Made by a program: the position numbers and the translations under genes. Shown here piece after piece: positions 1 through 12,116 of a DNA stretch of 64,000 nt. The notes under the pieces were generated by a model. That model was not told where the DNA came from and ran no database searches. It worked only from the letters and a program-made list of their open reading frames with translations. Each line of letters starts with the position of its first letter. Position 1 is the stretch's first letter. The stretch covers positions 376,898,001 to 376,962,000 of the forward strand of contig OZ024742.1 of the NCBI GenBank assembly GCA_964016885.1, in the 5' to 3' direction. The stretch comes from Eledone cirrhosa (taxonomy: Eukaryota).

Positions 1-84
1 CTCGAAAACGAGTTGGCAGCCACCATGTATGTATGTATGTATGTATGTATGTATGTATGTATGTATGTATGTATGTATGTATGT
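1..84 (+). mobile_element. 3' terminus of an RTE-type LINE/SINE with (TATG)n tail
   Basis: CTCG-AAAA-CGAG hairpin, then ttggcagccaccatg and (TATG)n. The same terminal motif occurs at 6422-6448 (end of the RTE) and 8666-8692. Confidence 0.7.
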
Positions 85-103
85 GTAAAGCAATTATAAT
101 AAT

Positions 104-171
104 TGTTTCTACTTTAGGCACAAGGCCAGCAATTACCCAGTGCATTACTGGTACTTTATTTTATCGACCCC
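104..171 (-). mobile_element. 3' fragment of Nin/Deu-domain tRNA-derived SINE
   Basis: Near-identical to 17805-17872 (tgtttctactttaggcacaaggccagc...ctggtactttattttatcgac). Confidence 0.8.
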
Positions 172-267
172 GTTACTGGACTGTAATACGAACGGCTTCA
201 ACTATACGAACTCTTGAAAGTCAACAGTTGACATAATCTTGTAATCTTGTATCAGTAATGACGGTAA

Positions 268-437
268 TATATATATATATATGTGTGTGTGTGTGTAAGT
301 GAGTAGCGTGTGTGTGTTTGTTTGTATGTATGAGTGTTGCTGTGTGCACGCGTATGTATGCGTGTGTGTGCGCGCGTATGTATGCGCGTGTGTGTATGTC
401 GTACGTATCAGTGTCAATAAGTGATTTTTTTTTTTTT
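268..437. repeat. Compound (TA)n/(TG)n microsatellite and poly-T
   Basis: Directly visible low-complexity tracts. Confidence 0.9.
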
Positions 438-444
438 TGCGCGG

Positions 445-735
445 GGACATAGAAATAATCAGGCTGGATGCCCGATCGCGCAGTTAAACCACTGGGAGTG
501 AAGAACCCCTAGCCCTTGTCAGGGTATTCTTCTAGGAGAAGGCATCTCAGGAAACTGGGTTAACTCTGACATAAAACCTGCAGCTCAGTAGTTATCGATG
601 ATGTTGATCTTTTCTTCTTTTCGGGCTATAGCTACTGTCGTTCAGAGAGTGGGATTGGCTCAGTGCACAGTCTTTCCTCACTTTAAAAATATTCGTCACG
701 CACAGGCATTGCACGATTGCATTAATAATTATTAA
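445..735 (+). mobile_element. Probable 5' UTR of the RTE LINE whose ORF resumes after about 2660
   Basis: Strongly similar to 8358-8640. Contains CTAGGAGAAGG...AACTC...AAACC, resembling RTE 5' UTR motifs. In the 8358 copy this block is joined directly to the RTE 3' terminal motif. Confidence 0.6.
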
Positions 736-778
736 TAGATTATTAATAGATTATTAATAGATTATTATTATTATTATT

Positions 779-2630
779 CTTTGAGTCTCAGTCATTGATG
801 TTAGTTAACTGGAAAGTTTGTTGAAATGAATATCAAGCCACTACCAGCAGCCTCAGATATTCAGGACGTATCGGAGAGTTCTTGCTGTTCCCAGCAAGCA
901 TGCCATTTGAAGTGTTCCAAAAAGCGGGGCGGGGCCAATTTTCTTTAACTATCCCTGGAAACTTTTTGAGATAGTACCTAGTGCGCCTATGGCAATCGGG
1001 ACCACTTTGACTTCATGGCAGTTCCAAATCCTTTTTACCTCCCACTTTAAGTCCTGGTATCGGTTAATTTTCTCCCTCTCCTTCTCTTGCACTCTCGTGT
1101 CGAATGAGCAGGCCACATCCGCAATCAGGCACGATCTTTTTTCCTTGTCCAAAACCACCAGGTCAGGTCTATTGTGTTCCAGTTTCTTGTCCGTCTGTAT
1201 CCTAAAATCCCACAGCACCTTCACCTGATCGTTTTCTATCACCGACTCTGGCTTATGCTCATATCACTTCTCAGAATGTGGTAAATTGTTTACTTTGCAT
1301 AGGTGCCAGTGGATCACCCTGCCCATCACGTCATGTCTCCAGTCTTTATAGTGAGTCTGGGCCTGGTGTTTACACTCGGATACAATGTGAGGTACAGTCT
1401 CCTCTCTCTCTCCACAGATCCTGCACAGTGGGCTAGCCTCCTCCTTGTAAATATGGTGTTTCAACCACTTCGTTTTGAGGGCCTGCTCTTGCGCAGCCAT
1501 TAGCATTCCTTCTGTAGCCTTTTTAAGGTCTCCTCTTCTCAACCAGTTCCATGTCTGTGGATATCTGAATTCCGTTTTCTCAAAAAAGGTACTATGAAGG
1601 GATTTTTCATGAAGGTTGCTCTTTCTCCTCGTTGTTATTTCCTCCTTGGACATCCCCTGGTCTATTGTCCTCTCCTTCAGTACAATTCTGAGCATTGGCT
1701 CCTTACTATCGGTCACGTATTTGTGTAGATTGTTTTTCTCCATCTGAACACAGTCCTCTATGCTGATAAGACCTCTTCCACCTTCAGATCTCCTTAAGTA
1801 GAATCTATCGACATCACTCCTCTTGTGGAACATGTTGTAGATAGTCAATAGCTTCCTAGTCTTCCTATCCATTTCTTTTTCTTCAGCAACATTCCATCTC
1901 AGAATTCCCGCACTGTACCCAATAATAGACACAGCTCGGAAATTTACTGCACTTATGGCATTCCTACTGTTCAGATGTGACTTTAATACGCTCCTTACTC
2001 TCCGAATGTATTCAGATCTTATCAATTCCTTCATTTTTTTGTTCTTGATGTCATCAGCCTCCAGAACACCCAAATACTTGTATCCTTCTTCAGTGTCAAT
2101 TTCCTTTATCATCTCACCTGTTGGTACCTGGATTCCGTTGCTTCTGCTCAATTTACCCCTCTTCTTCACAAGGACTCCACACTTACTAATACCAAATTGC
2201 ATACATATATCATTGCTGAAAATACGGACAGTGTCAACAAGCACATCCAACTCCTTCTCACTCTTCCCGAAGAGCTTAAGATCGTCCATGAAGAGGAGGT
2301 GATTGATGGTAAGCTCTCCCTTTCCCAACTTGTATCCTGCTCTCACTTTTCGCAGTATAATAATCAGGGCATCAGGGCAAGGACAAACAACAGAGTGGAC
2401 AAACTATCTCCCTGGAAGATACCTCTCTTGATCTTCACGCCTCCCAAGGATTCTCCAGCTGATGTTAACTCTGTTTTCCAGGACTTCATACTTTTGCTCA
2501 ACAACTGTCTGATGTTATCTGCCACCTTGAAGATCTCCAGGCTTTTGGTGATCCAAGAATGAGGCACCATGTCAAATGCCTTTTTGTAGTCTATTCATCC
2601 CATGGCAAGACCAGTGTGTCTCCTCTTGCA
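779..2630 (-). mobile_element. 5'-truncated, disrupted R4/Dong-like non-LTR retrotransposon (RT, CCHC knuckle, restriction-like endonuclease)
   Basis: Minus-strand motifs IDYKKAFDMVPHSWI, GIFQGDSLS, HLLFMDDLKL, YKYLGV, CRICGEREETVPHIVSEC, RHD and NRPDLVVLDK...DVAC...EKINRYQDL, with frameshifts and stops. Flanked on both sides by (ATT)n. Confidence 0.9.
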
Positions 2631-2799
2631 ATTATTATTATTGTTACTATTATTATTACTTTGTTTTTTCCCAATTCAATGATGTTCCAGAACAATATAA
2701 AAGAAATAATTGGCAATTTAGGTTCTGGAACAAAAAAGATAATTGGTTATCACAGCCTGGGCCCGCTCGTCATCGTGCCATTGTAATAGAGCCAAACAA

Positions 2800-5700
2800 G
2801 GCATTTAGTCTTGGCTGCTGGAACGTACGGACGCTGCTTGACAGGAATTCCTTGGAGCGTCCTGAACGAAGGACCGCTCTTGTTGCAAAGGAGCTTCGAC
2901 GTTACGATCTTGACATCGTGGCTTTATCTGAGACGAGGTTAGCTGGAGATGGTCATCTTACAGAATTTTGTGGAGAATATACATTCTTCTGGAAAGGAAG
3001 AGATGAAGGAATCAGAAGAGAGGCTGGGGTAGGATTTGCCGTTAAGACTGTTCTTGTGAATAAATTAGAAGAATTCCCAGTAGGGATTAGTGAGCGTCTT
3101 ATGTCCATGAGAATTCCGCTAGACAAAGGAAGATATGCGACTCTGGTGAGTGTGTATGCTCCAACTATGAATCTGTCGATGAAGAAAAAGTGTCCTTTTA
3201 CCATGCCTTGAAAGGTGTTTTAAGAAATATCCCTCAGGCAGACAAAGTCATTGTGCTTGGTGACTTTAATGCTAGAGTGGGTAGGGATTTTAACACATGG
3301 AATGTAATCGGAAGGCATGGGGTGAGAAAGTGTAACAACAACGGTATGCTCCTGCTGCAGATGTGTGAGGCGCTGGATCTGTGTGTTACCAACACCATGT
3401 TCCAACAAAAGAACAAATTCAAGACCACATGGATGCATGCTGCATCTAAGAAATGGCATCTTTTGGACTACGTCCTAGTCAGGATACGTGACAGACAGGA
3501 TGTGCAGTGTGTTCGTGCTCTTCGTGGAGCTGAGTGCTGGACGGACCACCGCCTGGTACGAGCAAAAGTGAAACTAATCACTAAACGTAAAATCCGGGCT
3601 CCTGGTGTTGCCCTGCCCAAAAGATTGAATGCTGCTCGTCTTAAGGATAAAAATGTGAAGAGGACATTGGAAGAAGAGATGTAGGCTGCAGATCTTGGTG
3701 AGGATTGGCCGACCCTTAAAAAGTCGGTTTATGATGTAGGCAGGCGTGTTCTGGGATTGGTGCAGGGAAAACATCAGGACTGGTTTAATGAGAATGATGT
3801 ACATATAGAATACGTGTTGGCTGAGAAGAGGCGTGCTCTGTCACGCTACTTGACGGCAAAACCACAGGAGAGGAATACGTTGCATGAGGAACTCAATGTT
3901 GTAAAATCACGTGTTAGGCGGAGTCTTTCTCAGATGAAGAATCAGTGGTGGAGTGAGAAGGCTGGGGAGATACAAACTGCGTCAGATTCCAATAACACAA
4001 AGCTGTTGTACAGTCCCTTGCGTGAGGTTTATGGACCGTCTTCTTCTCTGGTGACACCGCTTCGCAGCAAGGATGGCAAAGAACTTCTTCGTGACTCACA
4101 AGGAATTCTACAAAGGTGGCGAGAGCACTTTGATGATCTTTTGAATCAGCCGTCTGTCGTCAGTGAAGATTTCCTCAATCTCATTCCAGAAAGTCCTGTG
4201 AAAGTAACTCTCGCAGAACCTGCGACGCTTGTGGAGGTTGCAGTGGCTATCTCGACACTGAACAGTGGAAGGTCTCCAGGTATGGATGGCATGCATGCTG
4301 AGCTCCTACAATATGGTGGTGAGAGACTCCTGCAACATCTTCACTCTTTGTTTGGCAGGATATGGGCTAATGAATCCGTACCTGAGGACTGGAAAGATGC
4401 AGTAATGGTGGTCTTGTACAGGTAAAGGGTAACAGGAATGATTGTGGGAACTTCAGAGGTATATAATTGCTTTCTGTCATAGGGTATGTAGGGTTCTTCT
4501 GGACCGTCTGGTGACACACATTGCAGATTGTGTTCTTCCTGAAAGTCAATCTGGTTTTCGTGTTGGATGCGGCACTACTGATATGATATTCTCAGCTAGA
4601 CATCTCCAGGAGAAGTGCATGGAACAAGGTTTGGATCTGTATCAGGTTTTTGTCGATCTGACAAAAGTTTTCGATACTGTTAACAGAGATGCATTATGGA
4701 AGGTTCTCCAGAAACTTGGTTGCCCTCATAAGTTCCTTGCTTTAGTTAGGTCTTTCCATGACGACATGAAGGCTTGGGTTAATGTCGGAAGGTAACTTGC
4801 CGGAGCCTATCTCAGGATAAAATGGAGTGAAACAAGGGGATATTCCAGCACCGACCCTGTTTGCCATATACTTTGCAATGGTTTTCTGTATTGCATTCAG
4901 GAATTGCGAGCATGGTGTTTACATCCGATAGCGAAGCTCAGGCAGCATATTTAACATCAGGCGCTTTGCTGCAAAGACAAAAGTATTTACATCAATCATA
5001 AGAGACCTCTTGTATGCAGATGATTGCGATCTTGTAGCGCACACAGAGAGTGATATGCAGCACATTTTGAATGCATTTTCTGACGCTTGCACTGCCCTAG
5101 GATTGACTGTCAGTCTCACGAAAACCGTCGTCATGTACCAACCTGCCCCTGGTAAGCAGTACACTGAACCAAATATCTATGTGTATGGTAAACAACTTGG
5201 AGTGGTTGATCAGTTTGTCTACCTGGGAAGCACTGTCAATCGATACGGCAACCTTGATAGTGAAATCTCACTTAGGATTAGGAAAGCAAGTGATGCTTTC
5301 GGAAAGCTAGAAAGGCGACTTCGAGGTCGGCGAGACATATGCAGGAGGACAAAGGTAAAGGTGTACAAGGTATGTGTGCTCTCTTGTCTTCTTTATGCCT
5401 GCGAGACCTGGGTCACATATCGACACCACCTTAAGCAATTGGAGCGTTTACATCAGATGTGTCTCAGACGGATCCATGGCGTTCACTGGAGGGACCACAT
5501 CAGTGATGTCGAGATTTTGGAAAGCTCTATGTGTGACAGTACAGAAGCTCTTGTGCTTAAGCAACGACTCCGTTGGAGTGGTCACCTTGCCAGGATGGAG
5601 GATTCTAGAATACCAAAACAACTCTTTTATGGAGAGTTAGTTAAAGGAAAACGACCGCCACATAAACCAAAAAAGAGGTATAAGGATTCCTTGAAAGCCT

Positions 5701-6194
5701 CTTTGAAAGACGCTAACATCTCTGCTGATACATGGGAAAATATTGCTGCTGATCGTAATAAATGGAGAAAAACTGTATATGAGGGAAAAGTTGCCTCTGA
5801 GGCATCACGAATCGCATACGAGAAAGTAAAGCGGGACGTGAGGAAGGGCATTGCTGTTGCACTTCGAGACGGCGAGGGTCCTCTTATGGTGCTGACATGC
5901 AGCGTCTGTGCGAGACTCTGCCTAAGCAAAGCTGGACTCTAAAGTCATCTTCGCAGTCATAAAGTAAGACCAGTGGTTGACTACCAGGCTGCTGTTGGAG
6001 ATGCTACTCATCATGCTTGCCAAACATGTGGTAGAGAATGTAAATCAGCAGGAGGGCTCAAGCGACATGCAAAAGTACACGAACTTCAACCACAACCGAC
6101 TATTCCCAGTGAATGTTTTGGTTGCTGACTCTGTGCAAGACATTTTAGATCATTGGCTGGGCTAAAAAGCCACATTCGATCGCAGCGCTGTTAG
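2800..6194 (+). pseudogene. Disrupted RTE-clade LINE ORF: APE endonuclease, reverse transcriptase and three C-terminal C2H2 zinc fingers
   Basis: APE motifs GCWNVRTL, ALSETR, VYAPT, LGDFNARVG, LDYVLVR, TDHRLV. RT motifs QSGFR, FVDLTKVFDTVNR, GVKQG, YADD, FVYLGS. C-terminal LRWSGHLARM. Split over several ORFs by stops and frameshifts. Confidence 0.92.
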
Positions 6195-6302
6195 TTGCTA
6201 TCGTGTGTGTGTGTGTATAGATGTGTTTATGTGTGTGCGTGTGTGTGTGTATATATATGTATATGTATAATATTATTGTTGTTGTTGTCGTTATTATTAT
6301 TG

Positions 6303-6334
<32 letters not shown>

Positions 6335-6556
6335 GTTATTAATATATGTGTATGTATATGTATGTGTATGTATATGTGTGTGTGTGTGTATATATATATT
6401 TTTTTCTCGTGAATTGGCATACTCGATAACGAGGGGGCAGGCATCATGTATGTATGTATGTATGTATGTATGTATGTATGTATGTATGTATGTATGTATG
6501 TATGTATGTATGCATGTATGTATGTACGTATGTATGTAAGTATGTATGTATGTATG
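6195..6556 (+). mobile_element. RTE 3' UTR (microsatellite-invaded), terminal hairpin motif and (TATG)n tail
   Basis: TG/ATT tracts, then catactcgataacgagggggcaggcatcatg (6418-6448) and (TATG)n to 6556. Confidence 0.75.
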
Positions 6557-7006
6557 TTATCTCTTTCTCTTAATTTCGAGTATCTTTTTTTGACCGGCCA
6601 CTTTCCGGTGGCAAGGTTGTAAAAGAAAAGAAATTGTCATCCCTTGAATCGCAAGAATGTTTTGCAAATTTTGAAGGTGCCAGCTATCGCAGCCATTTAT
6701 AGACTATGAATTAGGGAGCTGCGCTTTTGGTCTGCAAATCCAAGTTCAGTCATACTTTGGTCCAAGCGGGTTGGTATATAACCCGTAGCTCCAATAATGA
6801 TGGGTACGAAGTTAAAGGTGTATCTTGGATACTGGATTTGTAAACTCCTCATCAATGGTCCGTAGATGTCCTCCTTCTCCTGTATTTTTCTGACAACGTT
6901 TACACAAGTGGGCAGCTGATCTCCACAACAGAACACGTTCTCAATGTGTGGTCCCAAACAACAATATCAGGCCGGTTGTGCTTTAATTTGGTGGCAGTTT
7001 TTATTT
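6557..7006 (-). mobile_element. 3' fragment of an RLE-type (R4-like) non-LTR retrotransposon
   Basis: Minus strand reads KLKHNRPDIVVW...KIQEKEDIYGPLMRSLQ...FVPIIIGATGYIP (PD-(D/E)xK endonuclease C-terminus), then a short 3' UTR ending at (CATA)n. Confidence 0.8.
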
Positions 7007-7054
7007 TATGTATGTATGTATGTTTGTATGTATGTATGTGTTTATGTATGTATG

Positions 7055-7940
7055 TTATTCTGGTTTTATAATTTCACAAATGTTTACCAATAGAGAGAGA
7101 GTCGGTTTCTAACATAGACACAAGACTCTCTCATTGGAATTTACACATCAACTAGGTAGATTATGTATGCTTGCATGCATGTGTAGATATCGATGTTATT
7201 GTATGTGTGGATGTGTATACGCTTAGTATCTGTACATGTGTATATGCAGTTATTAGGTGCAACATTTTTGGAATGTTTTACATATTTTTACTGTTCCATT
7301 AATGGATTGTACTTGTAATTTCCTAACTAGTTGTGTTCTTTCTGTTCCTGTGAAGCCTAGCTTCTCAAGATTTGTATTAAGGCAGTTACTAACATACCCC
7401 AATGCCCCAATAATCACAGGCATAAATCTGAAGGTATAATAAGGGTGGAATATCTGCAGATTTCTCATCAGTTCTGCATAAATATTCTCCTTTTCGCTAA
7501 TCTTTGATATTATATTGGCATCTGCTGGGCAGCTAATTTCCACTACTGTGCATGCTTTCTTCTCCCTGTCCCATATCATTATATCTGGTCTGTTATGCCT
7601 GCATTTTATTGGGGTTTTTACTGGAACATTCCACCAGTACTCTTTCATATTATGTACATGGATGTCTTCCACATTGTTGTAGCTTTTAATATGTTTATTA
7701 TCGGGGCTAATTTTTTACGAACTGCATTGTACAGTGTTTTGGCCACTACACCATGCCTCATAGGTAGATAGTACCGCGATGACATCTTTGGACAGCTGCT
7801 TATGACATGAGTGACATCCTCGATGTTAATTCGGCCGAGTCTGCACTTGTTATCACATCTCGGTGTTTTGCCTGCATCCCTATCTCTTTTGTGAATCAGG
7901 TATTTCGTGTTGATTTCCTTTTCTTGGATTGCAAAAGCCA

Positions 7941-7941
<1 letters not shown>
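7055..7941 (-). mobile_element. Second 3' fragment of a related RLE-type (R4-like) retrotransposon (degenerate CCHC knuckle and RLE)
   Basis: AIQEKEI...CRLGRINIEDVTHVISSC...RHGVVAK, then WWNVPVKT...HNRPDIMIWD...VEISCP...EKENIYAEL...PVIIGALG. Flanked by (TATG)n on both sides. Confidence 0.85.
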
Positions 7942-7971
<30 letters not shown>

Positions 7972-8007
7972 TGTATGTATGTATGTATGTATGTATGTAT
8001 GTATGTA
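7942..8007. repeat. (TATG)n microsatellite
   Basis: Directly visible. Confidence 0.95.
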
Positions 8008-8199
8008 CGAGGTCACTCTTGAGTGCTACTGGTAACATGTAACCCAGTACAACCTGTTGCATGGTCGAGTCATCGGCAACCCCACCAAGTTTACTTGGTG
8101 AGAAGGGTGATTTTGGACATCCTGCAGGACTAAAAACAAAACCTGACAAAAGACGAAAGAACTCATAAGAGTCAATGGCCATCCAAAAATGTGTAAATA

Positions 8200-8224
8200 T
8201 GTATATACATGTATGCATATGTAT

Positions 8225-8284
<60 letters not shown>

Positions 8285-8352
8285 ATATATATATAATATA
8301 TATATATATACATATGCATACATGTATATTTGTGTGTGTACATACATGTATA
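8200..8352. repeat. (TA)n-rich microsatellite
   Basis: Directly visible. Confidence 0.9.
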
Positions 8353-8357
8353 TGCAC

Positions 8358-8692
8358 GGAACATAGAAATAATCGGGCTGGATACTCGATCGCGCGGTTA
8401 AACCACTGGGAGGAGTGAAGGACCTCTAGACTTTGTTAGGGCATTCTTCTAGGAGAAGGCAACTCAAGAAACTGGGATAACTCCGACATAAAACCTGCGG
8501 CTCAGTAGTTACCGATGTTGATCTTTTCTTCTTTTCGGGTTATAGCTACTGTCGCTTAGAGAGTGGGATTGGCTCAGTCTTTCCTTACGTTAAAAAAATC
8601 TTCACGTACAGGCATTGCATGATAATTAATAATTATTAATAATGGTATATCGTGCAATGGCCATACTCGATAATGAGGGGGCAGCTATCATG
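8358..8692 (+). mobile_element. Short non-autonomous RTE derivative (5' UTR fused to 3' terminal motif)
   Basis: 8358-8640 matches 445-735. 8650-8692 (tcgtgcaatggccatactcgataatgagggggcagctatcatg) matches the RTE end at 6407-6448. Confidence 0.7.
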
Positions 8693-9362
8693 TACGAGGT
8701 ACACTCAAAAGGTTTTGAGACTTTTATCAGAGAGAGAGATTTATTTAACTCAGATCAACACAAAATTCTAGTCCCCCTCAAAGTAAGATCCTCCAACTTC
8801 AATGAACTTGTAGCACTCCGGCCACTTCTGGAAGGCCCCATTGTAGTCCTCCACTGTGAAGGTGTCCAAGGCGCTTGTCAGGCGTCCTTCATCTCCTCCT
8901 CATCCTCAAAGCGGATACCCATAAGCTTCCATTCAGTTAAGGGAATCATCCATTTGTGAATTTTGTCGACCCTCTTTGGCATCCCGATGTCCCCCTCCCT
9001 ACTACACCTCTCGTTGTCCCTCACCTGCTCCCTACCCTCCTGGAACCTGTTGTCTCAGCGGAAAGTTAGTCCTTAAGTAGTTTTGACCATTTCATAGCTT
9101 TCTGTCGCGTCTTTGCTGAGCTTGACACAAAGCAATTGTATACCGAGCCTACAAGTCCTCACTATATTGGGGAACCAGTCAGCTGTGACAAGACGTGTAT
9201 GACTGGAAGTATTTAAAGTGCTGTAGCGGCCTCCTATACCTTCAACCTGGGAAAAAACGTTTTCGCATGTTACCTTATAACCATATCAAGGACGGGGTTA
9301 GAGTGACAGTTACATAGGTCAATTAAAAGTGCCTGAAAAGAAAAAAGTTTCAAACCTATTAG
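8693..9362 (-). mobile_element. Internally deleted mariner-family DNA transposon
   Basis: TA followed by TIR cgaggtacactcaaaaggttttgagac. Minus-strand transposase remnants FCVKLSKDATESYEMVKT (HTH), RFQEGREQVRDNER, and C-terminal GIRFEDEEEMK...AFQKWPECYKFIEVGGSYFEGD*. Confidence 0.8.
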
Positions 9363-9364
9363 AC

Positions 9365-9606
<242 letters not shown>

Positions 9607-10546
9607 AGATATACAACCTCATAAAGATAAAAGACACAAACCGTAGAAAGGTATTTGATAGAGTGTTACATTTCAATGAGTTACTCAATGGCTGAATCGT
9701 CATTTCTGATTCAAATAGAAATCTATTTGAAAAAACAGAACATCCGTTGTCAACAACTATTTTTCTCCTTTACTCTAATTCTTCTATTATTATCTTTCAC
9801 TTAACTGTTACCACTGATGTACCTTTTTTTAACGCTCGGAATATTTTGTCAATCAATGTTTAACATTTTTTATCCATTTTATTTCATCTATTTCATCTGA
9901 GCTTCGTACTTATGTAGCTTCAATTTAAACGACAACTGTGGCTTGATACATCAGAGATTCGACAGAGTTCAGTTTATTATATGTAAACCGTTAAACATTA
10001 TAGGAGAAACAAACAAACAAACAGATTAACAAACCACTGGGTGAGAGAGAAAAGAACCTCAAGATATTTTCGCCTGAAATATCGTTTCCGTTCGTAATTG
10101 CTCAACTTTCCTTATAAAGTATTTTAAATTCAACGAAATAAATAGTATTTAAAAAAAATTAACTTGTTAGTTACAGAACTATTATTACTTGTTTTTTAAA
10201 TTGAAAATACTTCAAGGAAAATAACTTATGAAACTTGGTAAATAACAATATGTGTGTTATTCGTCCTAAAGATTGAAACGAAGGTCGCACAGCGTTAAAA
10301 CTATGACTACACTTGACCTACCGCTGCACTGTAATAAAAATAATCAACTCTAGAAAAATGTTTCTGACAAAAGACAACGGCATCTGTTCAGCATTTAGGA
10401 ACCCTTTTAGATGGACACTTGGATGCCATGCAAGTAGAACCGATTGCTGGGTATTTAGCGCCCTAGGCTAGCTCGCCAATGTGCACCCCTTCTACCGGTT
10501 ATGGGTCCTCTTCTCCTAAATAACATAATTTCAACTTACAGTTAAG

Positions 10547-10825
10547 TTCTTCTTCTTCCACTTTGCCTACTTATTCCTGAGAGAGTCGGGGGGTGGGGGG
10601 ACCCTGAAACACTCTGTATAGCGGGTCCTGTCAGAAACAACTGTCTCCAACTGATCCGACAGGATCCTCAAGCGAGACCAGCCAAGATCATGGATGTTAT
10701 ACAACCATCTTGCTCGGGATCTACCCCTCGATCTGCTGCCGGCTGCTTTTGCCAGTAAAATCTGTCCTGAAACATGTTAACCACATTTAAGCCCATAGTA
10801 TCGGAGTTTAGTAAGTAGACCAACC
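10547..10825 (-). mobile_element. Old 3' fragment of an RTE-clade LINE with (GAA)n tail
   Basis: Minus strand reads KLRYYG...QILLAKAAGSRSRGRSRARWLYNIHDLGWSRL, resembling the RTE C-terminal GxRxRGRPR..W motif. Ends in GAAGAAGAAGAA. Confidence 0.6.
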
Positions 10826-11241
10826 TATATCTTGACACTTCCTGCTCTGACCACTCTAAGAAATTTATTAAGCTTGAATTTTTCACTACAGAGTCTACCC
10901 CCCCCCCCACCCACACACACACACTCCAACTCTTGCGACTCTTTCTACCACTTTGGATATTTTCACGACGCTGTTACGCAGTAAAGATGTTTAGTGATTT
11001 ACTCGGGGACATAGTTAAGTTAAACCAAATAATATTGTCAGTTTATCTAGTAAGAGCGGGAAATATGTACAAGGTATTCTCACTGGTCACCCTTAAACTT
11101 TACATATATATTTGACAATAAGTATGCTTTAAGGTTCAAGTTTGATAAACCTTTTATTTTATCCCCTAACCAGTGAACAAATATATACAATTTGATTTTG
11201 ATTAGGGGACCAGTGCCAACAATAATGACCACAGTAGCGTT

Positions 11242-11936
11242 GAAAGTTAGTCCTTAAGCAGTTTTGACCATTTCATAGCTTTCTGCCGCGTTTTTGCTGA
11301 GCTTGTCACAAAACGCATATCGAGCCTACAAGTTGTCCTCACATCCCGACTACATTGTGGAACCAGTCAGCTGTGACAAGACATGTATGACGAGAAGTGT
11401 TTAAAGTGCTGTAGCGGCCTGAACCTTCAACCTGGGGAAAAACGTTTTGGCATGTTACCTGAAGAATTAACCAAATATTGTTTCTGATATGAAAGGGCTT
11501 TTTATTTTATTTTTTTTTAAATTAAATTCTTTTCAAAGCTTCTTATTTCTTAGGCAATTAATGATTATATCTACAGCACATAATGAATCATATTTAACTG
11601 GGTGATGTCTAAAAACATCTGACTGATAAAATGACAAGTCAGTCAATCATATTGGTGGCCTCTCCACAACTCCGGCAGACAGAATGGAGAAGGCGTTTCC
11701 CCGGATGACGGCAAGGGAGACGTACTGGAAAAACCATTCTAACTCGCGAGGGGCACACCTGCGGCTGGCAAACTCAGCGCCTATGGTGGTAAGTAGGGAG
11801 GTAGCCCTAGGGCCGAGGACACCAGAAATGTTACCTTATAACCACATCAAGGATGTGTTAGAGTGACAGTTACGGAGGTCAATTAAAAGTGCCTGAAAAG
11901 AAAAAAAGCCTAGAAACCTCTTGAGTATACCTCGTA
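11242..11936 (-). mobile_element. Second mariner copy (5' part with TIR), interrupted by a 367-bp insertion
   Basis: Homologous to 9061-9357. Ends in gcctagaaacctcttgagtatacctcg-TA, the reverse complement of the TIR at 8693-8721 (about 24/29 match). Confidence 0.8.
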
Positions 11937-12058
11937 TACCAAGACTACTGGATATATGAACTATCATACAAACTGAGAAATTTGACTTTTGATAAATTAA
12001 TAGATTTCATAAGAGAAACCCTATAGTTTATGTTGATTACTGACACGTGGAAGTGATT

Positions 12059-12116
12059 AAAGAAGAAGAAGAAGAAGAAGAAGAAGAAGAAGAAGAAGAA
12101 GAAGAAGAAGAAGAAG
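12059..12116. repeat. (AAG)n microsatellite
   Basis: Directly visible. Confidence 0.95.

Noticed and set aside
8006-8100. TACGAGGTCACTC resembling the mariner TIR start, and hairpin CACCAAG-TTTA-CTTGGTG as a possible ribozyme or UTR element
   Set aside because: The TIR similarity ends after about 13 nt with no partner, and I could not fold a complete HDV or hammerhead core by eye.
10419-10430. 12-bp match TTGGATGCCATG to the satellite minus strand
   Set aside because: Too short and the flanks do not match, so it is likely chance.
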